Shown piece by piece: positions 18,001 to 26,869 of a DNA stretch of 64,000 nucleotides. The notes below the pieces were generated by a model that saw only the letters and a list, made by a program, of their open reading frames with translations, was not told the origin of the DNA and did not search any database. Numbering within the stretch: the first letter of the stretch is position 1; every line of letters begins with the position of its first letter. The position numbers and the translations under genes are program-made. Source of the stretch: Candidatus Thermosaccharophagus tengchongensis (lineage in GTDB: Bacteria > Armatimonadota > Fervidibacteria > Fervidibacterales > Thermosaccharophagaceae); NCBI GenBank assembly GCA_032161105.1, contig JAVHTD010000014.1; one strand, 5' to 3'.

Positions 18001-21000
18001 TGAATGATTCCACAGTTGATGTCAAAATCACTGGCAGCAACTTTATACCGACTGATTCAGCCAAACTTGTGCCGTTAAGCATATCCGGGAGCGACACGGA
18101 AATTCGTGCAACGAATGTCACAGTGAGCGATTCAAGGACAATTTATTGCCGCTTTAACCTGGTGAAGCGTTGTCCCGGTGACTGGAAAGTCGTGGTATTC
18201 GGTCTAAGAAATGGCAATCAGGTTGAGAGCACCGAGGATGTCAGGTTCACAGTGATCGCAAAACCCGCAATCAGCAGTGTAACGCCGGATAATGCGTTGA
18301 ATACCGATCCTGTGAGTGTGACGATCAAAGGCTACGACTTTATGCCGGGTGCAAGGGTGAGACTCAGGGATGGCGGGAATGTGATTGATGGCACCATTAA
18401 TTCGGTCAAAAGAGACGAGATTGTGTGCGAATTTGACATAGGAAACAGGCGGCCGGCAAAGATGGATGTTGAGGTTGAAAATACACCAACTCAGGTTGCC
18501 TCCCTCAAAGAGGCGTTCACAATACAGGCAAAGGCATCCGTCAGCAAGGTTGAGCCAGATGAAGCGGATAATAGGCAGGCAAGCTTGAAGGTGACAGTTG
18601 TCGGGGACAACATTTGGAATGGTGCAACTTGCAAGCTAAAGAGGGCAGGCTTTAGCGATATACTTCCGATTGCTCAACCGCAAGTTGAGGAGCGGTTTAT
18701 TGGCGGCGAGAATAAGAACAGTGAGCTTGTGTGCCAGTTTGATTTGAGAGGCAGAGCACCTGGCACATGGCAGCTTGTTGTTATAAACCCATACAACAGC
18801 CCAGAGAGTGACCCAGTTGACTTCAAAATCAACGGGGTGTATAGCCCGGACTACCCAGAGGTTGCGGGTATTGACCCGAAAGTTGGCGCAAATACTGGCA
18901 ATTTGGACGCCACAATTACGGGTCGCTTCCTGTATGAGGGCGCAACCGTGAAGTTGGTGAAAGATGGTAACGAAATTGTGGCGCAAAATGTTAAATGGAT
19001 GCAGGATGGGACAAAACTTACATGCACTTTGCCGTTGCTCGGGAAAGAACCCGGAAGATATGACCTCGTCGTGATAAATACCGACGGTAAAAGTGTGACA
19101 GTTTCCAAGGCATTCACGGTTATTGCTCCGGCGACCATTACCTCCGTTTCTCCAACTACAGCCAGTAACGCAAGCGATTCCTTCACGCTGACAATCGTGG
19201 GTAGCAACTTCTGGGATGGCATAAAAGTTAGCCTGCGCCGTGCCGGCTATGGTGACATAGTTGCAACAGGTGTCAAGGTTGTCAGTAGGACGCAGCTCAC
19301 CTGCACATTCAACTTGAAGGATGTTGACAATAACCCGGCAAATGGTGATCAATCTGCAGCGCCCGGCAAGTGGTCAGTTGTTGTCCAGAATGTGCCTAAT
19401 GATGAGCCGCCAATGAGCCCAGAGGCAATTAGGTCAGATGCTCTCACAATTACCGCTGCCCAACCGACTCTGACGAGTATCAACCCGAATGAAGGGGATA
19501 GGGATTCAACAGTTACGGTGACGATAACTGGAAATAACCTGTTTGCCGGTGCCTCGGTGGCTCTCAGGAAAGCTGGTCAAACACCAATCATAGCTGGCAA
19601 TGTGCAAGTTATCAGTAATACTGAGATTCGGAGCACATTTGACCTAACTGGAGCAGCACTTGGATGGTGGACTGTTGTTGTGACTAATGTTGATGGTCAG
19701 TCCGCAATGCTTGCTGATGCGTTCCTCGTAAAGGGTAAAGCACCAAGGATTGACAAAGTTAACCCGAATCAAGCCTTAATAGGTTCAGTCATCGGTGTCA
19801 CCGTTGAGGGCGAGAACTTCTATCCGGGAATTTCCGTTGAAATGCGCAAAGGAAATGAGAGAATAGTCGGCACAAACATAACGCTCTTGAGCGATAAGCA
19901 AGTTTGGGCAAGGATTGACCTGAGGAATGTAAGCGATGGCGATTGGGATGTCGTTGTTACGAATGCTGATGGACAGAGAGCAACACTAAGTGGCGGGTTC
20001 AAAGTGTTTGAGGTGCCCAATGTCAAACCGGTTGTAAGCGTCATCTCGCCAAATGTGGGCAATAATGACCAAGTTGTTACAGTGACGGTAACTGGATCCA
20101 ATTTCTACCCGAATGCGACAGTGAAACTTGTTAAGTCTGGGCAGTCTGACATAGTTGGAACCATCCTCAGCATGACCGATAAGGATGGGGATATTGGGAA
20201 TGGGAATGAGGAGTTGCGATGCACATTTGACCTCAAAGGTAAGGCACCCGGAAACTGGGATTTGGTTGTGATCAACGCCAATGGTTTGCAAAATGATAAC
20301 ACCGCAAACGACGACTTCACCATAAAGGCACTTGCAGTAATAACCGGAGTTACGCCGTCATCTGCACAGAATACGGCAAAAGTGAGCGTGACAATTACTG
20401 GGGCTAATTTCTGGGCAGGTGCAACTGTTAAGTTGCGCTACTCAGTGGGCAATGAGATTGTGGGTGAGAATGTTACAATTGCCGATAGAACTCGCATAGT
20501 GTGCACATTTGACATCCGTGGCAAACTTCCGGGTGCATGGGATGTGGTCGTTCAAAATGAGCGCAGTGATGAGGCTGTAAGGCAAAAGGCATTCACAGTG
20601 ACCGCAAATTCACCAGTAGTTTCATCCATATCACCGAGTGAAGGGACGAATGACAAGGTTGTGCAAATCACGATTGACGGCAATTACTTCTACAACCCGA
20701 CGGTCAAGCTCACTCAGGCAGGTCAAGCGGACATCATTGCAACTGGTATTGTTGTGCAAGATAAAAATAGTGACATGCATGGTGATAGGATTGTTTGTAA
20801 TGTCAATCTCACAAATGCTGCGATTGGGCGATGGAATGTTGTCATCACCAACTGCGATGGTAAGTCAATAACACTCTCAAATGCCTTCATGGTTAAATCC
20901 AAATATCCGCCGACTGTGACTTCCATCTCGCCGAGTAGTGTGACCAACTATGGGTCGGTTAATGTGACAATTACAGGTGGTAACTTCTTCAGTGGGGCTG

Positions 21001-22595
21001 TTGTGAGGATTGAGAAAGACAATGGAACGAGCAAGAAAGTTATCACCGCAACGAATGTGAATGTAGTGAATGCAACGCAAATTACAGCAACATTGAATGT
21101 GCATAATGCAGAACCGGGCAATTGGGATGTTGTAGTTGTTAACCCGGATGGACAGTCAGGGAAGTTGACGGGCGTTTTTGTGATTGTTCAACAGGGTGCG
21201 CCACAAATTGTAAGTGTCAGCCCATCTTCAGCACCCAACACTGGCACTGTTACAGTCACAATCAATGGTTCAATGTTCCTCAGAGGCGCAACGGTTCGCC
21301 TGACGAAATCCGGTCAAACGGACATAGTTGGTATGAATGTCAACTTCGTCGATTCAACGACACTTACATGCCAGTTTGACCTGCGCGATAAAGCGCCCGG
21401 AGATTGGAATGTCGTCGTCCGCAATCCCGATGGTAAAGAGGGCAAGAAGGATAACGCATTCAAGATAACGGCTCCGGCACCGGTTGTCAGCGGGATAACA
21501 CCATACACAGGGGCAAATACTGGCATGGTTTCCGTGACAATTACCGGAAACAATTTCTTCAAAGGCGCGATGGCATTCCTGAGGCTGAATGGCGAGAATA
21601 TTGAAGGGATTAACCCATCGGTGTTGTCAAAGACCACGATGACTTGCCAGTTCAACCTGAACCGTAGGCGACCGGGCAAGTGGGATGTCGTCGTAAGGAA
21701 TACTGATGGACAGGAGGGTAAGAGGGAAGCTGCATTCACTGTGACTGCCCCAGCAACCCTGACGGGTATAACGCCAAGTTCTGGCGAAAATAATGGCAAT
21801 GTAAGCGTCACAATCACGGGGAGCAACCTTTGGACTGGTGCATCCGTAATTTTGAGGCGCAGCGGTCAACCTGATATAATTGGAACGAATGTGCAGGCAA
21901 ATGCTGCTAACACGCAATTGACATGCCAATTTAACCTCACAGGCGCCTCACCCGGTTGGCGCTCGCTCGTTGTGGCAAACCCATACAGTCCATCAGTTGT
22001 CCTTGGTAATGCCTTCTTGGTGCGTGCACCAGCGCCAAGCATAACCTCCGTAACGCCATCGGAAGGGCTCAATTCAACATCGGTGACAGTGAGGCTTTAT
22101 GGCAGTAACTTCTACCCGGGCATGATTGCAAGGCTGATCAAGGATGGGCAAGCTGATATCGGTGGGACGAATGTGAGTGTGCTTAGCCAAAATGAGGCAA
22201 CTTGCACATTTAACTTGGTCGGTAGAGCGCCCGGCAAATGGACTGTAAGAGTTGTGAATGCTGATGACAGGTATGGTGAGTTAAAGGACGGCTTCGTCAT
22301 TAAAGCGCAAGCAAAAGTGTCAGCAATAACGCCAAATCGTGGCTATAGTGGCTCTTCAGTGAGCGTTGTGATAAGCGGGAGCAATTTCTGGAGCGGCGCA
22401 AAAGTTCTTTTGCGCAAGTCAGGGCAGAATGACATTGTGGCAACGAATGTCGTTGTTGAGAGCGGGACAAGGATTAGGGCAACCCTTAACCTGACTGGTG
22501 CCGCAAAAGGTGCATGGGATGTCGTCGTCATAAATGTCGTAGATGGCATTGAGAGTCCGCCAGGCGCCCTTCAGGGGGCATTTACGGTTCAATAA
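12036..22595 (+). CDS. Giant secreted IPT/TIG (Ig-like) repeat protein with acidic DxDxDG..DED repeats
   Basis: 3519 aa with a G-rich RBS (GGAAGGGGG) upstream. The N-terminus is basic then hydrophobic, ending AMA-Q like a signal peptide. Roughly 30 repeats of 'P.I.SI.P..G.N...V.VTI.G.NF..GA.V.L...G..DI...NV.V.S.T.ITC.FDL.G..PG.WDVVV.N.DG...L..AFTV'. Confidence 0.9.
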   Translation: MMVLSQSLLRNKKVARIFVAFVASFILIAGGVGFKLFMAMAQGVPRVTSIVREDGKPINPPHDMRTNWGSNTETVKVIISGINLDNTRNVSLISPSIGGARIDGTDISASSDRVEAKFKLVEKMPGTYDLELTTPSGRAYLSNAFFVKSGPPKITSIEREDGKQLSDGSTNWGSNAEGVVRFIIRGENLFPGAVVYINSNGQPGTEVARAISVKSYNDDRDGVDEDPPEDEDGDGLYNEDPPNGRDDDYDGQVDEDWVGINNDGDGNVDEDWVNGIDDDRDERIDEDPKNGEDDDGDGRIDEDPAGISLLIELPLMGVSEGWYYVIVRNNDGQYVVWPEPPTTPGPSTGGLRVVKLTPLTYVSVTGIEPVSASNKGTVTMTIRGTGFKEPVSVSLRKSPPISPSLPGWAQNISATSVSLDPDNPTQRMTATFNLADPWDRDPDDPAPPGHWDVVVTVAGKTVTLSNAFQITSDPISISSINPSSGYNNTTVSIRIDGSNMFEGVYAELYAKLNGFEQTVYPSDVIYPRNDRNRITKSIDVVFDLYGLHPGSWTLRVYNTDYPTPTRQFAQTTFTINNSGGIYLISVSPTSNTNLKGDNPFTLTVNGANFDGGTTYWVFLRDARNPEYRISSQVTSTSPSQIEANFDLFAENARPGLYDVVVTTDSAGNNVVGRLGSAFRVTSPMIIVDYWNDTNFPGGIPNNLPPRVRDQDRQAFTGGEPGSTVDYNIITIRILGNANFAGVTSVRLQSAQGSSDNPRGGSRVVITAQNIRISPDGRIIDATFMLDDDVAYAGDYWLTIEKPGAGGRSEVANVPFTLYYHTPRVIDIYTPPPGPGQSTPPRQRSRWAWYKDVDRRHTGGLGIVVTGDDFHSACVEGNNIQTRQPGVGLYLRVWRQIAPGYTSIYDDGVNDNFYSHTSAFTTAVRDASGLPGVVNENECRFRLFGDPTDPSLTSSPGNHYAMASHPWAKQVLFIDGDGGDPRDDAGAPLMSTNPLFSIFLDYPRPVGVEPMTISNTGVSEWEMKVYGLVGSPSFSLDPHMFAPGVEVQLSKVGEPDHPMNIRTVEKPLWQGRVITCRFPPLSDPYRTGKRAEPGYWSVIVRNTDNKWTVLPNAIRIVSPPPVITRVVYYANTKDNNPAQSVWNGPPSQDGETGIIYIYGDNFMPGLTVKFKRNGTYNPGQDPASGDDVVTIPWESDRILNKGELLTRRTLIRVRANFWGKAPGAWDVEVINEDGQYGILQRAINVLAKPIISGISPAEVSNKSNAIVTITGENFWPGISVKFVRQGFTDIVGSNIKLSDKVQNPSPPNVVGGYATLTCTVPTLGKPPGVWDAVLTNIGGPPSDIQVEGEGGPEDLKITADPPVVISVSPNKASNSSTSVTVLVKGQNFFAGAKLKLFRNTYTSGIVERYAAGVNVTSQTSIVGTFDLTGLEPGSWRVVVENADRKSNIDRDGDGSVDVDYEGAGNEDGDGSTDEDGPNPGSLFYISAIARIVRINPEANSNQPGNNPFQLTIYGSNFWGSEVNGLRVALRRTGYSDIEATGEQASSDNSQITCWVNVTDAQVGKWSVVVANPDSPEVVLKDAFTVLGPAPTVTSVSPSSAPNDAVRRLVINGDNFVTGSSVRLTRAGYADIVGTNVVVISKTQMAADFDLTGKAPGQWNVVVTNPDGGEGIGLNLFTITAPNPVITSVIPSEASNALESVNVVIQGSNFFPGCTVEVKKGAYVMPVSNVRVVRSDQIAATFAVKDMPAGKWDVYVAAADDDGDPTNGIKDSGNTGLGKFTVTARAVVTSLSPSSQLNDAASNPFQLAIYGSNFWGDESTGLDVRLRRTGYSDIMATNEQAVNNNTQITCNLSVKDAAPGYWNLVVRNPESPEVVVSNAFVVQAKAIVDSISPSSAPNSDIVTVTINGSNFWSGCDVRLRKAGETDIVARNVVVSNGGTKITCDFDLRLKATGDWNLIVTNILSPSSDPKTFTINPAGNPSVSSIEPNSSLNDSTVDVKITGSNFIPTDSAKLVPLSISGSDTEIRATNVTVSDSRTIYCRFNLVKRCPGDWKVVVFGLRNGNQVESTEDVRFTVIAKPAISSVTPDNALNTDPVSVTIKGYDFMPGARVRLRDGGNVIDGTINSVKRDEIVCEFDIGNRRPAKMDVEVENTPTQVASLKEAFTIQAKASVSKVEPDEADNRQASLKVTVVGDNIWNGATCKLKRAGFSDILPIAQPQVEERFIGGENKNSELVCQFDLRGRAPGTWQLVVINPYNSPESDPVDFKINGVYSPDYPEVAGIDPKVGANTGNLDATITGRFLYEGATVKLVKDGNEIVAQNVKWMQDGTKLTCTLPLLGKEPGRYDLVVINTDGKSVTVSKAFTVIAPATITSVSPTTASNASDSFTLTIVGSNFWDGIKVSLRRAGYGDIVATGVKVVSRTQLTCTFNLKDVDNNPANGDQSAAPGKWSVVVQNVPNDEPPMSPEAIRSDALTITAAQPTLTSINPNEGDRDSTVTVTITGNNLFAGASVALRKAGQTPIIAGNVQVISNTEIRSTFDLTGAALGWWTVVVTNVDGQSAMLADAFLVKGKAPRIDKVNPNQALIGSVIGVTVEGENFYPGISVEMRKGNERIVGTNITLLSDKQVWARIDLRNVSDGDWDVVVTNADGQRATLSGGFKVFEVPNVKPVVSVISPNVGNNDQVVTVTVTGSNFYPNATVKLVKSGQSDIVGTILSMTDKDGDIGNGNEELRCTFDLKGKAPGNWDLVVINANGLQNDNTANDDFTIKALAVITGVTPSSAQNTAKVSVTITGANFWAGATVKLRYSVGNEIVGENVTIADRTRIVCTFDIRGKLPGAWDVVVQNERSDEAVRQKAFTVTANSPVVSSISPSEGTNDKVVQITIDGNYFYNPTVKLTQAGQADIIATGIVVQDKNSDMHGDRIVCNVNLTNAAIGRWNVVITNCDGKSITLSNAFMVKSKYPPTVTSISPSSVTNYGSVNVTITGGNFFSGAVVRIEKDNGTSKKVITATNVNVVNATQITATLNVHNAEPGNWDVVVVNPDGQSGKLTGVFVIVQQGAPQIVSVSPSSAPNTGTVTVTINGSMFLRGATVRLTKSGQTDIVGMNVNFVDSTTLTCQFDLRDKAPGDWNVVVRNPDGKEGKKDNAFKITAPAPVVSGITPYTGANTGMVSVTITGNNFFKGAMAFLRLNGENIEGINPSVLSKTTMTCQFNLNRRRPGKWDVVVRNTDGQEGKREAAFTVTAPATLTGITPSSGENNGNVSVTITGSNLWTGASVILRRSGQPDIIGTNVQANAANTQLTCQFNLTGASPGWRSLVVANPYSPSVVLGNAFLVRAPAPSITSVTPSEGLNSTSVTVRLYGSNFYPGMIARLIKDGQADIGGTNVSVLSQNEATCTFNLVGRAPGKWTVRVVNADDRYGELKDGFVIKAQAKVSAITPNRGYSGSSVSVVISGSNFWSGAKVLLRKSGQNDIVATNVVVESGTRIRATLNLTGAAKGAWDVVVINVVDGIESPPGALQGAFTVQ
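12684..12950 (+). repeat. Intragenic tandem acidic repeat (about 6 x D-D-D-G-D-G-x-V/I-D-E-D), probable Ca2+-binding
   Basis: Translation NDDRDGVDED..DEDGDGLYNED..DDDYDGQVDED..NNDGDGNVDED..DDDRDERIDED..DDDGDGRIDED, inserted within the second IPT-like domain. Confidence 0.8.
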
Positions 22596-22640
22596 ACGGC
22601 TGTAGAGTTGGGCATCAACTGCGCTCTGAGTTGCGTGAAT

Positions 22641-22690
22641 GTCGGGGCGCATGGAATGCGCCCGAAAAGGGCGGGTTTCACCTGTCCCTT
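22641..22690. repeat. REP-like doublet (degenerate GTAG-family palindromes in inverted arrangement)
   Basis: GTCGGGGCGCATGGAATGCGCCC-GAAAA-GGGCGGGTTTCACCTGTCCCT, nearly the same as the element at 43721-43807 and 62588-62610. Confidence 0.75.
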
Positions 22691-22758
22691 AACCAATCCG
22701 ACATAGAGGTGAGTGTTGCCGCTCTTTTGTGTGGTGAGCAGATTATCATCGTGAGGAG

Positions 22759-22783
22759 TGCAGGGGCGGCTGTTAAGCCGCCT
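22759..22783. repeat. Degenerate REP-like palindrome
   Basis: TGCAGGGGCGGCTGTTAAGCCGCCT (stem GGCGGCT/AGCCGCC). Similar copy at 23614-23637. Confidence 0.5.
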
Positions 22784-22858
22784 GACGGTGTGACTTTCAT
22801 GTCTTTTTGGCGTTGATTTGCGCAGTCAGCTTAAGGGCATGGAAATTCCCCAAAGTGA

Positions 22859-23581
22859 GTGATGAAGGCTACAGTGCGGAGAATGACAAGAAAATGCGCA
22901 TTTACCCTGATTGAGCTCCTTGTTGTCATAGCGATAATTGGCATACTATCGGCGATTCTTTTCCCAGTTTTCGCGAGGGCTCGTGAGCGTGGAAGGCAAG
23001 CCCATTGCGCTTCAAATTTGCGCCAAATTGGGCTGGCAATGATAATGTATGCCGACGACTATGATGGCTTTTATCCGACTTCGCAGCCATATTACAACTG
23101 GGAATCACACATAAAAACCATTGACTCACAAACTGGACAAGTCATTTGGCTTGATACACCGTATGGGAATAACAGCGGTTCGGGCACTTACAAGTATCTT
23201 GTTGATGTCCTGCGACCGTATATGAAGAACCTTGACATTTGGTATTGCCCATCGGATTCGGATGTGCAGGAGTATGAGAGGCGTGGCGGACCAATCAACG
23301 GTTGGGTGTCGTATATCTGGTTTCCACGCTGGATTTGGAACGATGGTGATGGGACATTCCCTGATGTCGGTCCAAATCTCGGTGTGCTTGTCCCGAGTAG
23401 CGAACCTGAGCGGATAGTGTTTGGCGAAAAGGGCATTTTCGGTTGGGATGGTCCAAAGCCGCCATATAGCGGCGAATACAATCACCCAAACGGCTATAAC
23501 GCTCTCTTTAACGACGGGCATGTTAAGCTTATTCGGTGGGATCAAAGGCGCTATACAGTTCCAGCAACACATTGGTATTAG
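22859..23581 (+). CDS. Prepilin-type N-terminal cleavage/methylation and H-X9-DG domain protein (DUF1559-like)
   Basis: [50 protein letters not shown], and C-terminal [15 protein letters not shown]. Confidence 0.9.
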   Translation: MMKATVRRMTRKCAFTLIELLVVIAIIGILSAILFPVFARARERGRQAHCASNLRQIGLAMIMYADDYDGFYPTSQPYYNWESHIKTIDSQTGQVIWLDTPYGNNSGSGTYKYLVDVLRPYMKNLDIWYCPSDSDVQEYERRGGPINGWVSYIWFPRWIWNDGDGTFPDVGPNLGVLVPSSEPERIVFGEKGIFGWDGPKPPYSGEYNHPNGYNALFNDGHVKLIRWDQRRYTVPATHWY

Positions 23582-23613
23582 AGCGCTTTGAGATTTTTAC
23601 GGGATGGGTGATA

Positions 23614-23659
23614 TGCAGGGGTGGCTGCTAACCGTCTACAAAGACTGATCCAACCCCTG
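23614..23659. repeat. Degenerate REP-like element with closing inverted arm
   Basis: TGCAGGGGTGGCTGCTAACCGTCT...CCAACCCCTG. About 21/25 identity to 22759-22783 by manual alignment. Confidence 0.45.
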
Positions 23660-23782
23660 TGAAGTTTTGAACTCCGAAGCAGCGATTGAATTGGGAGTTA
23701 TTGCCTCCATCGGGCAGTTTTTGCAAAATTTTGGCAAAAATCCGCCAAAATGGCAAAGCCATCAAATGGGGGTGTGTTGGAC

Positions 23783-25051
23783 ATGAGTGAGAAGGATCGC
23801 AGGACAGGCATGTTATTGTGTTGCATCATCGGGTGGGCATTAGCCGCAATCATGTTCATTGTGGCAATATACGCCATAGCTACAAGACCGTCAATTAGGC
23901 GTTCGCTTGCGGTAGCGCGCTCTGAGAGGGCTAAAGTGAGCGACAGAGTGGCAGCTATTTGCGGCATTGGTGCATTGCGCGATGCAAAATCTGTGCCCGA
24001 GTTAATTGAGCTTTTGAAGGGCGGTGATGCCACCATCAGGGCGAGTGCTACTATGGCGCTTGTTGCCGTCGGGGAGCCAGCAGTGCCAGAGTTAGCCAAC
24101 CTCATAAAGGCAGCGCAACAAATCCCGATCATCTCAACCGCGGACATGCTCCCTATGGGCACACCAGAGAGCGCTGCAGCTTATGCTCTTATTGGCATAG
24201 GAAAGGAAGCACTCCCAGAACTGATGAAGATGCTTCAATCAAAGGAGCACAAGGTCTGGTATAGTGCCGCACAGATCATCAGTCGGATTGGGAGGGATGC
24301 CCTCCCAGTGTTGACGAAAGCCTTCACTGAGACCAATGACACGGGGTTCAGTTACAACATCGCCACCACTATCGGCTTAATGGGCGATGTTGCAGAGGGG
24401 GCATTGATTGAGACATACAAAGCCACTTCCGATCAGGCAAAGCGCATTCAATTGCTCTCGCAGTTTGGCTCCATAAAGAATCCATCAAAGGATGCGCTTG
24501 AGTTGCTATTCAAAGCTGCTGAAGAGCCAACGACTGCGCCAACGGCGCTTTCGGCGCTCGGTCAGACAAGACATCCTAAGGCAATTCGTTTTTTGATTGG
24601 CAAGTTGAGAAGTGAAGACCCAGCGATACGAAACAACGCTGCAGTGGCACTTGGGATTGCTGGCGCAAAGGAAGCAGTCCCGCAGCTGATTGAGTTGCTC
24701 AAGGATGAAAAAGCTGCCTCAGGTGCAGCCAACGCGCTTGGCGCATTGCGTGACATGAGGGCATTAAACCCATTGATTGAACTCTTGCGGAAGAAGACGG
24801 ATGCTTCAATGCATGCTGCATATGCGCTTGGCTCATTGGGCGCAAAAGAAGCAGTGCCTGCACTAATCGCCACCTTGAAAGAGCTCAAGGGAAGCAAGGA
24901 GCATATAACGCTCAAGATCGCATGCATAATTGCGCTCGGGCAGTTGAGAGCAACCGAGGCAAAACCTGTCCTTGAAGAGATGTTGAACGATCCCGACCAG
25001 ATGGTTAGAGACAATGCCAAAAGAGTGCTTGACCAATTGAGCCAATGGTAA
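23783..25051 (+). CDS. Membrane-anchored HEAT/PBS-lyase repeat protein
   Basis: N-terminal TM helix, then repeats such as 'AVPQLIELLKDE..AAANALGALRD.RALNPLIELL'. The ORF track starts at 23750; ATG 23783 has a better RBS. Confidence 0.85.
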   Translation: MSEKDRRTGMLLCCIIGWALAAIMFIVAIYAIATRPSIRRSLAVARSERAKVSDRVAAICGIGALRDAKSVPELIELLKGGDATIRASATMALVAVGEPAVPELANLIKAAQQIPIISTADMLPMGTPESAAAYALIGIGKEALPELMKMLQSKEHKVWYSAAQIISRIGRDALPVLTKAFTETNDTGFSYNIATTIGLMGDVAEGALIETYKATSDQAKRIQLLSQFGSIKNPSKDALELLFKAAEEPTTAPTALSALGQTRHPKAIRFLIGKLRSEDPAIRNNAAVALGIAGAKEAVPQLIELLKDEKAASGAANALGALRDMRALNPLIELLRKKTDASMHAAYALGSLGAKEAVPALIATLKELKGSKEHITLKIACIIALGQLRATEAKPVLEEMLNDPDQMVRDNAKRVLDQLSQW

Positions 25052-25141
25052 GTGGCATGCAGCGACCTCATCTTTGCGGCTACAATTTTTAATGCGCCAT
25101 TGCGTGCTTCCTGCCTCCGTCACGAACAGGTGAATGACGGC

Positions 25142-26851
25142 ATGAGCTCAAGATTGGTTCTTTTGTTTGTTTTGCTCATCGGCGTTCTCCTTTGCTTTTA
25201 CAATCTCGGCTCATTGCCACTGTTTGATCAAGATGAGCCGAGGTATGCATCAGCCGCGAGGACAATGCTTGAAACTGGAAACTACATCGTGCCGTATTTC
25301 AATGGTCAACCGCGCTACCAAAAGCCAGTGTTCATCTACTGGCTGATGTGCGGTTCGTTCAAGTTGTTTGGCGTAAACGAGTTTGCGGCGAGATTGCCAT
25401 CCGCGATTGCTGCAATCGTGCTTGTCATAGTGACATTCGCATTCGGACGGATATACTTGGGCTTGCTTGGCGCAACCGTTGCTGCGCTATCGCTCGCCAC
25501 ATCGTTTGGCGTTGTCGTAAGTGGGCATGTGGCAACAACCGATGCAGTGTTGCACTTGCTAATCGCAGGCTCGTTCATGTCCTTCTTCCACGCTGAGCAA
25601 TTGCGCACCGACGCTGCGCACACAAGCAACCTGTTGAGCGCGTTGTGGTATGCTCTTGCATACATCCTCTCAGGCATTGCCGTGCTCACGAAAGGACCGA
25701 TCGGCGTTTTGCTGCCCGCTATTGGCATCGGCTCTTACTGGCTTTTCACGGGGCAGCTGTTAGATGGTTTAAGGCGCTCTCACATCCTGCTCGGATTGCT
25801 TTTGCTCTTGCTCATCAACTTGCCTTGGTGGGTGCTCATCAATGTCAAGACGAATGGTGAGTTCATGCGCGTCTTTATGCTCCGCGAGAACCTGCAACGC
25901 TTTGCTGCGAAGGAGCATGCGCAACCAATTTGGTATTTCATCCCAGTGCTCTTTGTCTTCTTCTTCCCGTGGAGCGTTTTCGTCCCGCAGGGATGGCTGC
26001 ACGCCATAAGGGTGGTATTGCGCAGGTTCGCATCATCAGTTGAGCAATTGAGGGAGCTGAAGGGGCATGAGCGCCTCATCGTATACTGCACATTTTGGTC
26101 GCTCAGCATCATCACCTTTTTCTCCATCTCAAAGGGGAAGAACCCGCAATACATCTTGCCTTCGTTTGCAGCGTTGGCGTTGCTTTGTGGCTGGTGGTTT
26201 GAGCGATTATCCAACAATGGATTTGATGCCAAGCAATTGCGCCGAGCACGCGTAGGTTTGCTCTCGCTGAGTTGGCTGCTCGCCTTGCTCGCATTGGCAA
26301 CGCCGAGCGTCATAAACATGTTCTTCAAAGAGAGGTTCACACACGGTGATATGCCAGTTGATTTGGGTTGGGGGATATGGGTTACAGCCCTTGCAACAGC
26401 TGTGTGTGGGCTAACTGGGATGAGCCTTTTGAGGGAGGGCGCAAGCGCGCGAAATTGTTTTGCTTTGCCATGGTGGCTTGCATGCTTCATGGTGATCGTG
26501 AATCTATCGCTCGCATCAACTGTTGCGCCATCGGTCGCACGCTATAGGCAAGAGCCATTGAGGGATTTCGCCGTAGCGATCGGGGCGACAGCGCATCACG
26601 ATGATGCCGTCATCGTTTTCAGGCGTGATCAATCAAGCGTCGTATACTACTCACATCGTGTGGTCATGCGAGTTGATGATGCGAGGGAGTTGAAGAGGAT
26701 GATGCAAAGCAGCAAGCGTGCCTTCATCATCGCGAAACGAAAAGACCTGAATGAACTATTGTCCTCGTTAGGCAGGGATGTGCATGTCATCCAAGAGAGG
26801 CTTGCATATGCGTTGCTTGTCGCAAAGCCAAAGGCAGTGCGGTCGCCTTAG
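25142..26851 (+). CDS. ArnT/PMT_2-family (GT39/GT83-like) lipid-linked glycosyltransferase
   Basis: DQDEPRYASAARTMLETGNYIVP.FNG.PR..KP...YW, FGVNEFAARLPS, LTKGPIG, many TM helices, K.P.YILP. Start uncertain (ORF track 25052). Confidence 0.9.
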   Translation: MSSRLVLLFVLLIGVLLCFYNLGSLPLFDQDEPRYASAARTMLETGNYIVPYFNGQPRYQKPVFIYWLMCGSFKLFGVNEFAARLPSAIAAIVLVIVTFAFGRIYLGLLGATVAALSLATSFGVVVSGHVATTDAVLHLLIAGSFMSFFHAEQLRTDAAHTSNLLSALWYALAYILSGIAVLTKGPIGVLLPAIGIGSYWLFTGQLLDGLRRSHILLGLLLLLLINLPWWVLINVKTNGEFMRVFMLRENLQRFAAKEHAQPIWYFIPVLFVFFFPWSVFVPQGWLHAIRVVLRRFASSVEQLRELKGHERLIVYCTFWSLSIITFFSISKGKNPQYILPSFAALALLCGWWFERLSNNGFDAKQLRRARVGLLSLSWLLALLALATPSVINMFFKERFTHGDMPVDLGWGIWVTALATAVCGLTGMSLLREGASARNCFALPWWLACFMVIVNLSLASTVAPSVARYRQEPLRDFAVAIGATAHHDDAVIVFRRDQSSVVYYSHRVVMRVDDARELKRMMQSSKRAFIIAKRKDLNELLSSLGRDVHVIQERLAYALLVAKPKAVRSP

Positions 26852-26869
26852 GTTAGGAGGTGGTGGGAG

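Noticed and set aside
185..22549. Numerous minus-strand and alternate-frame ORFs inside the two giant genes, including 12688-12957
   Set aside because: They are explained by codon bias and low-complexity sequence of the real genes. No recognisable domains.
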